DNA of 61,330 nt, the filler included, from Chiloscyllium plagiosum (lineage: Eukaryota): the NCBI RefSeq assembly GCF_004010195.1. It is 3 parts of one record of this genome, joined end to end, with 100 filler letters (N's around TTAATTAATTAA, not from the genome) between each part and the next. Parts side by side here need not be neighbours in the genome. Positions count along the whole stretch, not along the records: positions 19,543 to 49,138 come from NC_057713.1; 2 more parts are not named here. One strand, written 5' to 3'. A program made the position numbers and the translations under genes. The notes below the pieces were generated by a model, which saw nothing but the letters and a program-made list of their open reading frames with translations, was not told the DNA's origin and searched no databases. Below are positions 26,085-37,555 of this stretch, piece after piece; the stretch's first letter is position 1, and every line of letters begins with the position of its first letter.

Positions 26085-26733
26085 TGTCACAAAGTTGGTC
26101 TTTTTTTTCTAAAAGCTGTTCCTTTTCTCAAGGATACGGTGTCCTTGGTTTTTTTTCCAGCGGGGTAATAAAATGCTCCCGGTGTCAATTAGACTGGTTT
26201 GGTACAGAGATTAAAAGGTATTAAGGGGCCTTTTTGTTTACATGTAAACAGATGAAACTTTCGGCCAAAGTGGTTGTGTTTTAGAAGTGACTTGTATAAT
26301 GAAAGGGGAGCTGTCAGCTCTCTAGCAGTTCAATTCAGTCCAGAACTAATTGGAAGTTCAACAGTGAGCTATGTGAAAACAGGCTCTGTCTGTCTCTCTC
26401 TCTCTCTCTCCTTCTGCCCTTCTAACTTCAACCTGTAAGTATTTGTTCCATTTGAACTGTTTTTCAAGAGGGTATGCTTATTGAGACTGTTGTGTATATT
26501 CAGAACAGCATAATAGATGGATAGATGGACCTCTGTAGGGGTGCTTTATTCTGTTCTTGTGTTTCGTTGTGTAATCTTAGTGAATACATTTTGTCTGTTT
26601 TAAAACCTGGTAGTCAACCTAGCTACCTCATTCTGGGTAATTTTCACTGTACACTTACCAAAACAAGTTGCAAAGTTATGGTCTGGACTGCCTGCTTAAG
26701 AACGTTTTGAATGGTCTGGCCTAGTCCATAACA
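26085..26733 (+). repeat. 3' LTR (~650 bp) of the Gmr1-like element
   Basis: TGTCAC...ATAACA, preceded by a PPT, and aligns with the split 5' LTR. Confidence 0.85.
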
Positions 26734-28659
26734 ACTGCAGAAGGAGCATTCCATTGAGAGTACTCTCTGCCATTTTAAACCTTATCGACATGAATTTGGA
26801 AAGGCAAGGACTGATTAGAGATAGTCAACAGGACTTTGTGCATGAGAAATAGAGACTCACTAACTTGATTGTCACTTCTTCAAAAGAAAACTCAAAAGAA
26901 CATTGATGAAGGCAAGCAGTAGATGTTGTCCATATGGATTTCAGTAACATGTTCCACATGGTTCCGCATGACATACTTGGAGATATGAATGAGATTGTCA
27001 GAAAGATATCTGATCTCTGCATCAGAAGCGGTCTCTTTTCTCTAGCAGTACAAAGCACCTTAAGCTTGATGATAACCAGTTTGTTCCTCTTGCCAGTTTT
27101 TATAAGCTGTGGCTCTTAAACAATAAGTCAGAAACTTTAGAAGTATGAAACAGATACCCTGTAACTTCTACAAACAATTTTAAAAATCTGGAGAAAGAGA
27201 ATCAAAAACCAGCAGAACCTGACAAGCCGATGAACAGGGACCATTGAATTGCCTCCTTTTTTCTTTAATGTCAAGTTGTTTGTGTATGTACATTTAGTTC
27301 ATAATTATTTACATTCATCTAGAGTCTATTCATTTGTCACAAATAGTAATTAAGAACAGAAACCTGGTCCAGGTTTTTTTGCCAAGCTGGGTATGAAAAA
27401 CAGGTGAACTGGGGAATTCAGAGAACTTTAATAAATCTTTAACTTTTTGAGGACTCCAGGATTAGTAGGGTTTGATTTCCAGCTCATTACCCAAGTGAGG
27501 TATAATAATTGTAGAGTGACAATTCCCAAGCAATTTTAGGGTTAACTCAGCATCTTTCAAAAATTTAAACTCTCATTAGTTTAAAGCTTGATTTAAAGTC
27601 TACCTATTTATGTTACCACTAGTCTCAACTGGTTTAAATGGAGTTTCAGCCTAAAAAGTGCCTATGCCACAGTCATGGCCACCTTCAGTGTGACTACCAG
27701 CAAATGGCCTCCAAAGCAATTGAAGTTAATCTTTCCTGGCCACAATATCACAAAGACTTCACTGTCAATACATAAATGCAGTCCAAAAAGGTACTAAACT
27801 TCTAATAGCTGTAAGTAGTTGTGTTTTCCTGTATACTAATGCCATTGAGTAAAGTTTTCTCTGTTCTTGCCTTTGTGGACAGTTGATTCAGTCAATTTCA
27901 GAGCTACAGTAGCACCAAGCTTCCTCATCCACCTTGCTTTCAAAGCTACAGCTGGTGCTCCTCTCTCTCTTTCTCACTGAAAGTTACCCCAAACTGTTGG
28001 TGCTGTACCAACTGCTACTTCTAATATTTAGAAACAAGCTTAAATTTTTAAACCTCCTGACCTACCCTTATCTACCTGTAGAATTACTTCTACAAGTACA
28101 TAGAATGCAAATTTGAAATAAACATATATTTAGAATTTATAATTGCCTCAACAAGATAACTGAATTAAACAAGTGGGTGAGCTCCCATCTTAATTCCTGC
28201 TCGCCTCCCCCAAAATGGACGATTGGTGTCATGAGGTCAGGATTCTGATCCAACATCGTGACTTTAGAAAATTACTGGAAAGGTCAGAGCTGGAGTGTTG
28301 TATTGAATTCTCACCACTACAATTTAGAAGGAATGTCAAGGCTTCAGAGGATAAAAAGGAGATTTACTAAAATGGTACTAAAAATAAAGACCTTCAGACA
28401 TGAGAAAAGGGACAGCTAGAATTGTTCTTATGACAGAGATTGCAGTATTTAAATCATGAAGAATTTTGATAAGACTAAAGAAGAAGAAATTTCACTGGTT
28501 GAAGAATCAGTAACCATATTTAAGCTCATAGGCAGTGGAAGCAGATTCAATGATCTCTTTCTAAAGGGAAATGGATAGTAGAAAGTTGTGATTTTTAGGC
28601 CAGCAGGAATATTTACTGTATTATGAGAAACTGAAGATTGTTCTTGAAGCTTGTGTGAA

Positions 28660-29172
28660 GTGGTGGCGGCATCCGTAATCTCATGAGACCATAGATCTGT
28701 GCCTGGCAAGCCTTGCTTCAATCTTTGTTGGTAAAACAGCGTCTGTCGTGGCTGTAGAGGCCCACACGGGAGTGGCAGTCTCGGCTGCAGTGACTGCACT
28801 TGAAGGCGCTGTCCTCCGGTGTTGTCCTGGTGCTATTTTATCAGCGGGTGCTCTTTTCTTCAGCAGCAAGCCTCAGCTTCTCTTCTCCTCTTTTCAGACC
28901 TCTGCGTAATTCCAGCCTCCAGCGAGAGCGATCGCTTGAAACGTCCTCCCACCTCTTGACACTCATTTTCAGTGACTTTGTGTCTCTATTGCAGACATCC
29001 TTGAAACAAAGATGGGGCCGCCCTTGTGCTCTCTTGCTGGAGGGCAGTTCCCCATACAGTAGGTCTTTCGGGAGTCTCCTTTCTGACATGCAGTGTATGT
29101 GGCCCAGTCAGCGGAGACTGTGTTGTTGGAGCAGGGTGAAGAGGCAGGATATCTGGATGCGAGCCAGTGTGA
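28660..29172 (-). mobile_element. RTE-clade LINE 3' end (BovB/Expander-like)
   Basis: MSERRLPKDLLYGELPSSKRAQGRPHLCFKD...DRSRWR followed by a C2H2-like CSRDCHSRVGLYSH, typical of the RTE ORF2 C-terminus. Confidence 0.85.
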
Positions 29173-29637
29173 AGTAACTGTCTGATATTATTCACAGATA
29201 TGTAATGTTCTAATAATGTTTCTTTGTGTTTGGAAAATCAGACGGAACGGAGATGGAGGAGATATTGACAGACGAGAGAAAAATCAGAGGATAGTAATTT
29301 AATGCGACCGGGGAAAGAAGCAATAGTGACATGTGGGAAAATATACACAGCACCTTGTTAGATTTGGAATGCATTGGTGTGATGGAGTCAGATTCAATCA
29401 AGGTGTTCAAAATAGAATTAGGTAACTTTGTGAAGAGAAAAATGGCAAGTATCTGGCTAACAGACAGGGAAGTGAAAGTGTACTATGTTCTTGCACAGTG
29501 TAACCACAGACGTCACAGGCCATATTACCACTTTAGGTTCTGTCATATCTATAAATGTACATGCATCCAAAAATGTGAGCTGTATGTATATATTTATATA
29601 CATGTGACTGAATAAAAGATACAGTCACAAACCTGAA

Positions 29638-29827
29638 TAGAGTTACAAATCTCACAACAGCAGGTTATAGTCCAACAGGTTTAATTGGAAGCACTAGCTT
29701 TCGGAGCGCCGCTCCTTCGTAAGGTGGTTGTCCACCTGATGGTTGTCCAACCATCAGTTGGACTATAACCTGGTGTTATGTGATTTGTAACTTTGTACAC
29801 CCCAGTCCAACACCAGCATCTCCAAAT
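29638..29827. mobile_element. Fold-back element of a third Penelope-derived family, 10-bp TSD
   Basis: caaacctgaa at 29628-29637 and 29828-29837; arms caggttatagtccaac / gttggactataacctg; same terminus as 34320-34440. Confidence 0.8.
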
Positions 29828-30146
29828 CAAACCTGAACCGGATAGCTATAGCCATTATCTCACAGGATGACTTGCACATTGAGCAAATGGCTTAGGTTAT
29901 ATTTGAAATGTTGCTGATAACTCTAGGAATCCCAACACATGTATGGCCCAGCAGTAGGTTTGTGGTAGACAGCAATAGAGGGGTCCTAGCAGATTATACA
30001 TAGAGTACATCTCAGGAAAGGGAGCTCATTTGACTTTGAATTTGAGTGCAAATAAAGTCCAGTGAAATGACAGGCTTTTATAATATTTGCTTTTGACCAT
30101 ATATTAAAAATTGGCGTAAATCTTAAACAATGTAGGCAATTCGTAG

Positions 30147-30152
30147 TTTATT
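30147..30152 (-). terminator. Candidate polyadenylation signal of the ABCC gene
   Basis: AATAAA on the - strand about 620 nt after the stop, in an AT-rich 3'UTR-like stretch. Confidence 0.4.
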
Positions 30153-30771
30153 AAAACAATAGGCATCAACTCGTATCAAGTTTGCTATCTGGTTGCTTTT
30201 TTAATCAGTGCTGTGTCTAATTAATGCTTTTTAAAAGTAATACACTCATTTTCCTAGGTATAAAAAAAATTCTGTTTTAAATTTAAGAGATTTTATCTTT
30301 ACTTGTCTCTAAAATTTACAGAAAAGTTACCCATTGACAGTTTCTTAAAAAAAGTTAGACATTTATCAATTTCTCAGTGATATCCAGAATACCAGTGCTT
30401 GGCAACCAATTTTTACAATGTTCATTTTAGGAAATGTCATGAAAACAAATAAATTCAGTCCCATATCTACACACATTTCAGTCTTTTAATGAAGACAATT
30501 TACAATACTTTTAAATTTAAAAAATCAAGAATTCTTAATGGACAATATTATATAGTTGGAAACTTAATGCAACACTTTCCAAAAAACAGCAAAAGGTAAA
30601 TTATGACATTACTTTGGAATCAAAGAATAATAAAGTGCCTTAAAAATTAATGTTTTCTATTCCATAGAATACCTTATTTTGGCAGGAATCCCTTTTGCTT
30701 TTACTTGCCACTGTGCAGTACTTTGAAAACAAAAATACATGCAATGTATTAGCAGTCGTGTTATGTATTCA

Positions 30772-30951
30772 TCATTTGGCTGCCTTCACTAATTTAGCAA
30801 ACAAACCATCATTGTGTTGCAGGGTCTGTGGGTCCCCATCTTCTACAATCCTTCCTTGTTCCATAACTAGAACTCTCTTGCAATCCATAATAGTACGTAT
30901 ACGATGAGCAATAATAAGCACTGTACTGTTTGTGAATGCCGTATGAATAAC
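30772..30951 (-). CDS. ABCC transporter (sulfonylurea-receptor/ABCC8-ABCC9-like), last coding exon
   Basis: ttctctag|GTT; VIHTAFTNSTVLIIAHRIRTIMDCKRVLVMEQGRIVEDGDPQTLQHNDGLFAKLVKAAK*; H-loop IAHR; 180 nt, phase 0. Confidence 0.93.
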   Translation of the reverse strand, partial: VIHTAFTNSTVLIIAHRIRTIMDCKRVLVMEQGRIVEDGDPQTLQHNDGLFAKLVKAAK

Positions 30952-31974
30952 CTAGAGAAGAAACCAAATGCACAAGCTACATGAAATTTTTGCTTTCCTA
31001 TGCTGAGCACCATTCTAAGCAGAGTTACTTGATGCTACCACAGATGTTCTTCAATATGTATTCTTGATCTATATAATAGTCAATTACTTTATCACTAATT
31101 TATTTTTCTAAAAAATGGCTAAACTGTAATCAGTCTTTCCATTTTACTTGAAGACTAGGCAAGGAAGAGAATGGCAGGAATAATATTCTTTTTGGAACTA
31201 GAATCATTGATCATGGATCATTTTCTAGTAATCAACTGCTTGATATAACTCAATAAAACAATACATCCTAATTGATTCCATATTAAATTACAGAAAGGTT
31301 TTAGCCAATATTCACCACTACAAACAAAAATATCACTGAAACAAAATGAACCATTTTCATGACTACAATGTTAAATGTTACTGTTATTTGGTATTAATTC
31401 CATGTATACATATTTACAGGGTACTTGCCTGTGCTTGTTTAAAACATGTTACAACTATAACATTTTCCAGTCCAAGCAAAAGATCCCTACTTGAAACATT
31501 CACTGTTTCTCTCTCAACAGATATTGCCTGATCTGTTGAGCATTTATACTTATATTATGTTGTTGTTACCCAAAACATATGCACATTTTCAGAATAAATG
31601 TTGCATAGATCTTGCATTATTAGGTAAATAAAGAACAAAAACAAAAGCATCAACACGTACTGGTGGCTTAAATTACTGCAAAACTTATTTGCACTAAACT
31701 ATATCTACAACACAACATAGACATAAAATTAGAAGAAAGCAAGGACTGCAGATCAGAGTCAAAAAGTGGCGCTGGAAAAGCATAGCTGGTCAGGCAGCAT
31801 CCGAGGAGCAGCAGAGTCTACGTTTCAAGCATAAACTCTTCATCAGGAATATGAAACTGGAAGTTTATTAGGTAATTAACAGAATTTTGCAACAAAACAT
31901 TTTTTAAAATAACATCCAGTCACAAATAACTTGGCTTTGTGAAATTGCATGCAATATTTAATTTTTTTTCTTAC

Positions 31975-32151
31975 AGTTTGAAAAGCTGCATCAGTTTCCA
32001 TATCAACAGATGCTGTTGCTTCATCCATAATAGTAATTTTTGATTTCTTGATAAGGGCTCTAGCGATGCAGAAAAGTTGTCTCTGACCCAAGCTGAAGTT
32101 TTCACTCCCTTCTGTCATAAGGGTATTCAGTCCCTCTGGGAGCTCACTGAC
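31975..32151 (-). CDS. ABCC (SUR-like) NBD2 exon with signature and Walker B
   Basis: ttttattag|GTC ... ACT|gtaag; [59 protein letters not shown]; 177 nt, phase 0/0. Confidence 0.95.
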
Positions 32152-33271
32152 CTAATAAAAGAAAGCACTTAATGAAACAAAACTCAGCAATAATTAATCA
32201 TTTTAAAAACGCTTATAGTATTGCTGTTAGCGTTGGTGGTCAGTTTATTATGCAGAATTTTGTTCTTACTGAAACATAAACCAATATAGTCTTTGAATAC
32301 TTATTTTATTTACGACTTCTCAGGCTGTTGTCAAACATCTTTAAAGAAGTTATTTCACTTAAACATTTAGGTATCAAAGCACAACAGCTTATTGTATTTA
32401 TTTTATCCTGAATACCATGATACAATTGATTGGATAACATAAATGAAGTAGTGAATCCATTGTCAATTGTCAGAAAAGTACCCGTCTGGTTTATTAATAA
32501 CCTTAGGGAAGGAAATTGCAATTTCTTACCTGGTCTGGCCTACACATGATTCCAGACCCAAGCAATATGGTTAACTCTTAAATGCCCTATAGAATGGGCA
32601 ATAAATGGTGGTCAAGTCAGTAACACGCACATTCCATGAATGAATTTTAAAAACTCTGATGTCTACGTCACAACATGTAATAGGCAGACAGCAATTGCAC
32701 TGATGTCATTGTAAGACTGCTTTACCTGTAATTTGCTATGCAGTGAACATAATAATGGCTGAATGTATCATTTGTAATGAATAACGCTAAACTAATATCC
32801 TGAATATATTGTCTAAAGGGATATGGTCAGGTAATGGCAATGTCACTTGATTAATAATAGTCCAGAGCCCAGACTAATGCTATGGGGACAAAGGGTTTAA
32901 ATCCCAACAGGCAGCTGATGTTGTTTAGATTTAATTAATAAATATTGAACAGAAAGCTCATCAGTAGTAATGGTGACCACAAAACTATTGGTCATCTTTT
33001 GTTGTAAAGAAAACCATCTGATTCCAGTCAGCCTGACATCATTCCAGATCTCCAGCAATGTGGTTCACTCTTAACTCCCGTTTGCAATGGTTGATCAGGG
33101 CATTTGATTCAAGAGCAATTTGGGATGAGCAACAAATGCTAACATTCAAAAAATGTTTTGTTGCAATATTCAATTTCTGTTTTGTTACATCTTCTCATGA
33201 AGATCTTATGCCTCAATTATTTTTGTATCCATGCCTGTAAATATTATTTCCACATTTTGTGAAATACAGTT

Positions 33272-33395
33272 TAATGAGTTTTGAGAAGATTTGTAGTTCA
33301 GGTTGAGGTTTTGGATGTAGGTTTGCTCGCTGAGCTGAAAGGTTCGTTTCCAGACGTTTTGTTACTTTACTAGGTAACATCTTCAGCGGACTTCA
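33272..33395 (-). mobile_element. Single arm of the second Penelope-derived family
   Basis: Matches 22010-22120 (gtttgctcgctgagctg...taggtaacatcttcag). Confidence 0.7.
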
Positions 33396-33581
33396 CGCTG
33401 AAGGTTCCCCACTTCAGTGGTCCAGGACATTCAGCCTCGGACCTTCGGGTAACCATCCTCCAAGGTGGACTTCGGGACAGGCAGCAGAGAAAAGTGACCG
33501 AGCAGAGGCTGGTAGCTAAGTTTGGTACCCATAGGGTGGGCCTCAACCGGGACCTTGGGTTCATGTCACATTACAGGTGAT

Positions 33582-33678
33582 GAAGGGCCTGAAGAAGGGC
33601 CTGTGCCCGAAACGTCGAATCTCCTGTTCCCTGGATGCTGCCTGACCTGCTGTGCTGTTCCAGCAATAAAGTTTCAAC
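33582..33678 (+). mobile_element. ~97-bp Penelope terminus insertion with intact hammerhead core, 11-bp TSD
   Basis: ttacaggtgat at 33571-33581 and 33679-33689; the body equals the reverse complement of 14564-14655. Confidence 0.9.
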
Positions 33679-33699
33679 TTACAGGTGATCACCATTGCA

Positions 33700-33910
33700 C
33701 TACACACACACACAGATATTCCTACACACACACACACTCTCACATACACACGGACACAGGTACACACAGACGCGACACAGACACCAACACACACCCTTAT
33801 AGACACACATACTCCCACACGCACCCCCTCACAGACTTAAGACACTCTGCACTCACTACACACACACACACACAACCCCCACCCCAGACAGACACAGACC
33901 CACATGCACG
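33700..33910 (+). repeat. Imperfect (CA)n microsatellite region
   Basis: Multiple acacacac runs. Confidence 0.85.
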
Positions 33911-34509
33911 CATATATTTTGTGGGGTGAATTTGTACTTGCAGAGTTACATTGTACTTTGCTCAAAAACTGCATGCATTCATGTAGAACTCTGAGTGCAA
34001 AAACTACATGAATTTATGTAAAACTCTGTTATCTCACTTTTTAGATTAGACTACAATCTAAACATCATGGCATATACAGAGAACACAGGGGCCAACGCCT
34101 TCAACATATTGTCTAGCTATCACCACTGTTAACAGCTAACCCGAGAATGCAACTTTAAAAAAAGGGTTTTATGATTTACACATGAAAGAAGTGAAACTAT
34201 CACTGTATTCTAACAGATGAAAGGCTTAACAGACAATCAATTTTTCAATGTATAATTTCAGTTACATCACACTGTAAATTTTTGCTGTAAATTCTGTTAC
34301 GATCGAGCCCTCCACTATCACCTGAAGGAGCGTCGCTCCAAAGGCTAGTGCTTCCAATTAAACCTGTTGGACTATAACCTGGTGTTGTGTGATTTTTAAC
34401 TTTGTACACCCCAGTCCAACACCGGCATCGCCAAATCATGAAAATAACCTGGATTACTACGTGTAGAAACTGAAAACAGCATATGGAACCCATACTGAAA
34501 ATGGCTCCT

Positions 34510-35180
34510 TTGTCCCAATTCTCTGACTTCCATTACTTAGCCAATCCTCTGTCCAAGCTCATGTACCTTCCTCAACATCGTGGGCTCTTGTTTCATTAAG
34601 TAGCCTAATATGTTGTACATTACCAAAAGCCTTCTGAAAATCCAAATTTATCCACTGATTCCCCTTTAGCCATCCTGCTTGTTACCTCCTCAAAAGAATG
34701 ATTTCCTATCACAGAGTCACACTGACTCTGTTTAATCATATCATGTATTCCTAAATGTCCCACTATATTGCTCTACTTTATAACAAACATTAGTTTTTTC
34801 CAAAAACAGACGTTAAGTTAGTTGGTCTACAATTACTTTTCTTTGCCCCTTCCCTCTTTAAAATAAAGGTATTGCATTGGCAGTTTTCCAATCCTCTTGG
34901 ACTTTCTAGAACCTAAGGATTCTTAAACAAATACTGCTAGTGCACCCACTGTCTCTGAAGCTATTTCCTCTAGGATGTTTCCCATCACATCTAAAGGGGC
35001 TTATCAGGCCTTAGCTCTATTAGTTTTCCTAGTGATAATTATCTTCTCTTCACCTTTTGCCCCTTGTTTGCAATGCCATTGGTGTCTTCTATTGTGAAGT
35101 CTGATGCAAAGACGTTTTCAACTCCTCTGTCAATTCCTGGTTCCCCAATATTATTTCCTCAGTTTCATTCTCTAAGGGGC
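34510..35180 (-). mobile_element. Degraded CR1 RT fragment
   Basis: Collinear with 20510-21350 (aaagccttctgaaaatcc, gttacctcctcaaa, ttttccaatcctct). Confidence 0.65.
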
Positions 35181-37371
35181 TATGATCTTCCTTTTTAAAT
35201 ATATATTTTTAATTCATTCACAGGATCATGGGGGGTCACTGGCTAGACCAGCATTTATTCTCCATCCCTAATTGCAACTGAGAGTCAACCCCATTGTTCT
35301 GGGTGGTGTTACATGTAGGCCAGACTAGGTAAGGACAGCAGGTTCCTTTCCGAAAGAACATCCTAAAGAACGGATGTAGAAATATTTTTCTGACGATAAG
35401 TGTTTAATGATAACCATGAAACCATTAATTCCAGATTTTTTTAAAAAATTGATTTCAAATCCCACCTTCTGCCATGGTAGAATTTGAACCAGGCTCCCCA
35501 GAACATCTTTTAGGTCTCTGGATTAATAGTCCAGTGATAAGACGTCCAGGTAATTGCCCTTCCTTGACAGTTCTTGCTGTCTGTCTTGTAAAATGTAAAA
35601 CTTTCACAACTTGTTGATTGAATGAAACTTTCTTGTTCCCATCAGGTGTTGCATTATTTGTGATATGGCTTCCTGGACCAACCAGAAAAAAAAATCTCTT
35701 CTGGTCAATAAGATACAGTTCCTTGCACATAGCAACTAGTTGCAAGTTATATTGATATAATTTATACTGTTACAGAGACTCAGGGGGACCAGATGTCAGG
35801 CTTCACTCCTTCGAGACCCTAAGTGGTTCTGCCCACAAGTCCATGTGACACAATCATAGTGGGTGTGCCAATGGCATTCTTTAGGATTATGATCATGTCC
35901 AACAGCGAGCACAGTAGTTGCTGGCCCGGGCTAATGATCTGCACATTTATTCTGTCACTCTAAACAGAATGGAGAAAAGCTTTATTTTGTCAGTTCAGCG
36001 CAGCAAAAACAAAACCCTCCATGCGGACTTTTCGCAAGAAGAATAATGAATGGATATGGAGATTGGCATTCTGCTCAATGTGGTCTACTGCTATTCACCC
36101 ATCCCCACCCACAGTTAGATCCCCACATACTGCCTCCTGCTCGATCAACTCTGCTGTCAAACAGGTGCATTTGGGCCACTCCTTGGAAGATTCCCTGATG
36201 AACCCCAAAGTCAAAGGAGGTTAGCCATGAGCACCGCAGCTGTCAGAATAGGTAAACAAGCAGATTCTCACAGCACGGTTGTAGCCACACATCGAGCTTG
36301 ATGAAAAGGAAAGTTTTGTTTAGTTCTACGAAGGTATTCACTTGTACAGGAGCAAAATGCTTTCAGATGTTGGAGATACCCAATTGGACTGACATCATGG
36401 AGGGAAAAGGGATCAATGTTTCAAATTGATGACCTTACATCTGTTTCACCCATAGATGCTGCTTGACCTGTTAAGTGATTTTGTTTTTATTCCAGGGTAT
36501 TCACTTGGGTGTTTATAACAAAATAATTGGCCTGAACAGAACGATGGGCATCGGCCCCTGTGCTTATGCAGACTGGGCTGGTGACATCACTCCATTGTAA
36601 TACAACTTACTTTGCTAGGATGCACTTGCACATGTGCCTTCATTTAAACTGTTTGCTGTGACAAGTTTTCCTCAGTTAAAAATGAGAGCCTCCCACAGCC
36701 ATCATCACACACAAAAAAAATCTTGAGGAAAAGTAAGTCTTTTAGGTTTTATTGAAATTCCCAAGCTTTACAGAGATTTTTTCCCCTTTTGGCGGTCAGA
36801 TTACATATTAAGATTGATCGGGCGATATAGGACAGGAAATACTTTGCTAGACACACAAACAGCGGAAAGCCATTAATCTGATAGGCAATCACTCACACAC
36901 ATACACAAGCAGCCATGTGAAACTGGCTCCTTTCCAGAAAGTATTTACAGCACCTGAAACACAGGGAAGGAGTCTCAGTAAAATCAGGGCATTATTGTTT
37001 TAAATTAACCTTCTAAGAACCTCTTTCATAGTTCAGAATTTCATGTTGAAATGTTTTTAATGATCATCCCAGCAGGAGGTGGAAGATCTGTTCATTTCAG
37101 TGAACAAATGCTCAAGCACTTGACTCCACTCTACACTGTGATTATATGGGCAGTGACATCTTTGTACCAGGCAACTGCCATTCCATTACCAAGCATTTTG
37201 TGTATCTAATGGCAGCATTTATAATAAATGGAGCCTTATAACAAAATCCACTGTTGTAATGTCTTTAAAAATGATATTGAAATAATATCTTTACTTTCAG
37301 TCTCCATTCTTATCTTTCATCTATCAAATAGCTACCACTCATGATGAAAATGGTATGCCCACAACAGAGGA

Positions 37372-37555
37372 GAAAGTGATGGCTGCAGATGCTGGAGATC
37401 AGAGCTGAAAATGTGTTGCTGGAAAAGCGCAGCAGATCAGGCAGCATCCAAGGAACAGGAGAATCGAAGTTTCGGGCATAAGCCCTCCTGAAGAAGGGCT
37501 TATGCCCGAAACGTCGATTCTCCTGTTCCTTGGATGCTGCCTGACCTGCTGCGCT
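37372..37555. mobile_element. Palindromic Penelope-derived element with hammerhead core (37487-37515 +), 16-bp flanking repeat
   Basis: tgcccacaacagagga at 37356-37371 and 37556-37571; CTGAAGAAGGGCTTATGCCCGAAACGTC. Confidence 0.9.

Larger units (their letters stand above)
18528..26733 (+). mobile_element. Gmr1-like Ty3/Gypsy LTR retrotransposon relic (LTR-gag-PR-INT-[RT deleted]-RH-PPT-LTR); 5' LTR split by a CR1
   Basis: 5' LTR pieces 18528-18687 and 23478-23852 match the 3' LTR 26085-26733 (TG...CA). Gag knuckle CFHCNKVGH ~24123; protease-like LRDTES ~24376; integrase HHCC/IDCIGP/QSDQGS 25080-25480; RNaseH (ERPIGYFCKQLNIHQQKYSTVEKE) 25510-25905; purine tract ttaagggggaa at 26072. Confidence 0.9.
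33400..34440 (+). mobile_element. 3' end of a third-family Penelope element (GIY-YIG C-terminus, CA-rich UTR, decayed hammerhead)
   Basis: HFSGPGHSASDLRVTILQGG...KFGTHRVGLNRD resembles the PLE endonuclease end; the terminus matches 29638-29827. Confidence 0.8.

Noticed and set aside
36227..36251. gccATGAGCACCGCAGCTGTCAGAATAG|gtaaac as the first exon of a nested + strand gene
   Set aside because: No compatible downstream exon was found, and the surroundings look like a decayed DNA-transposon relic.
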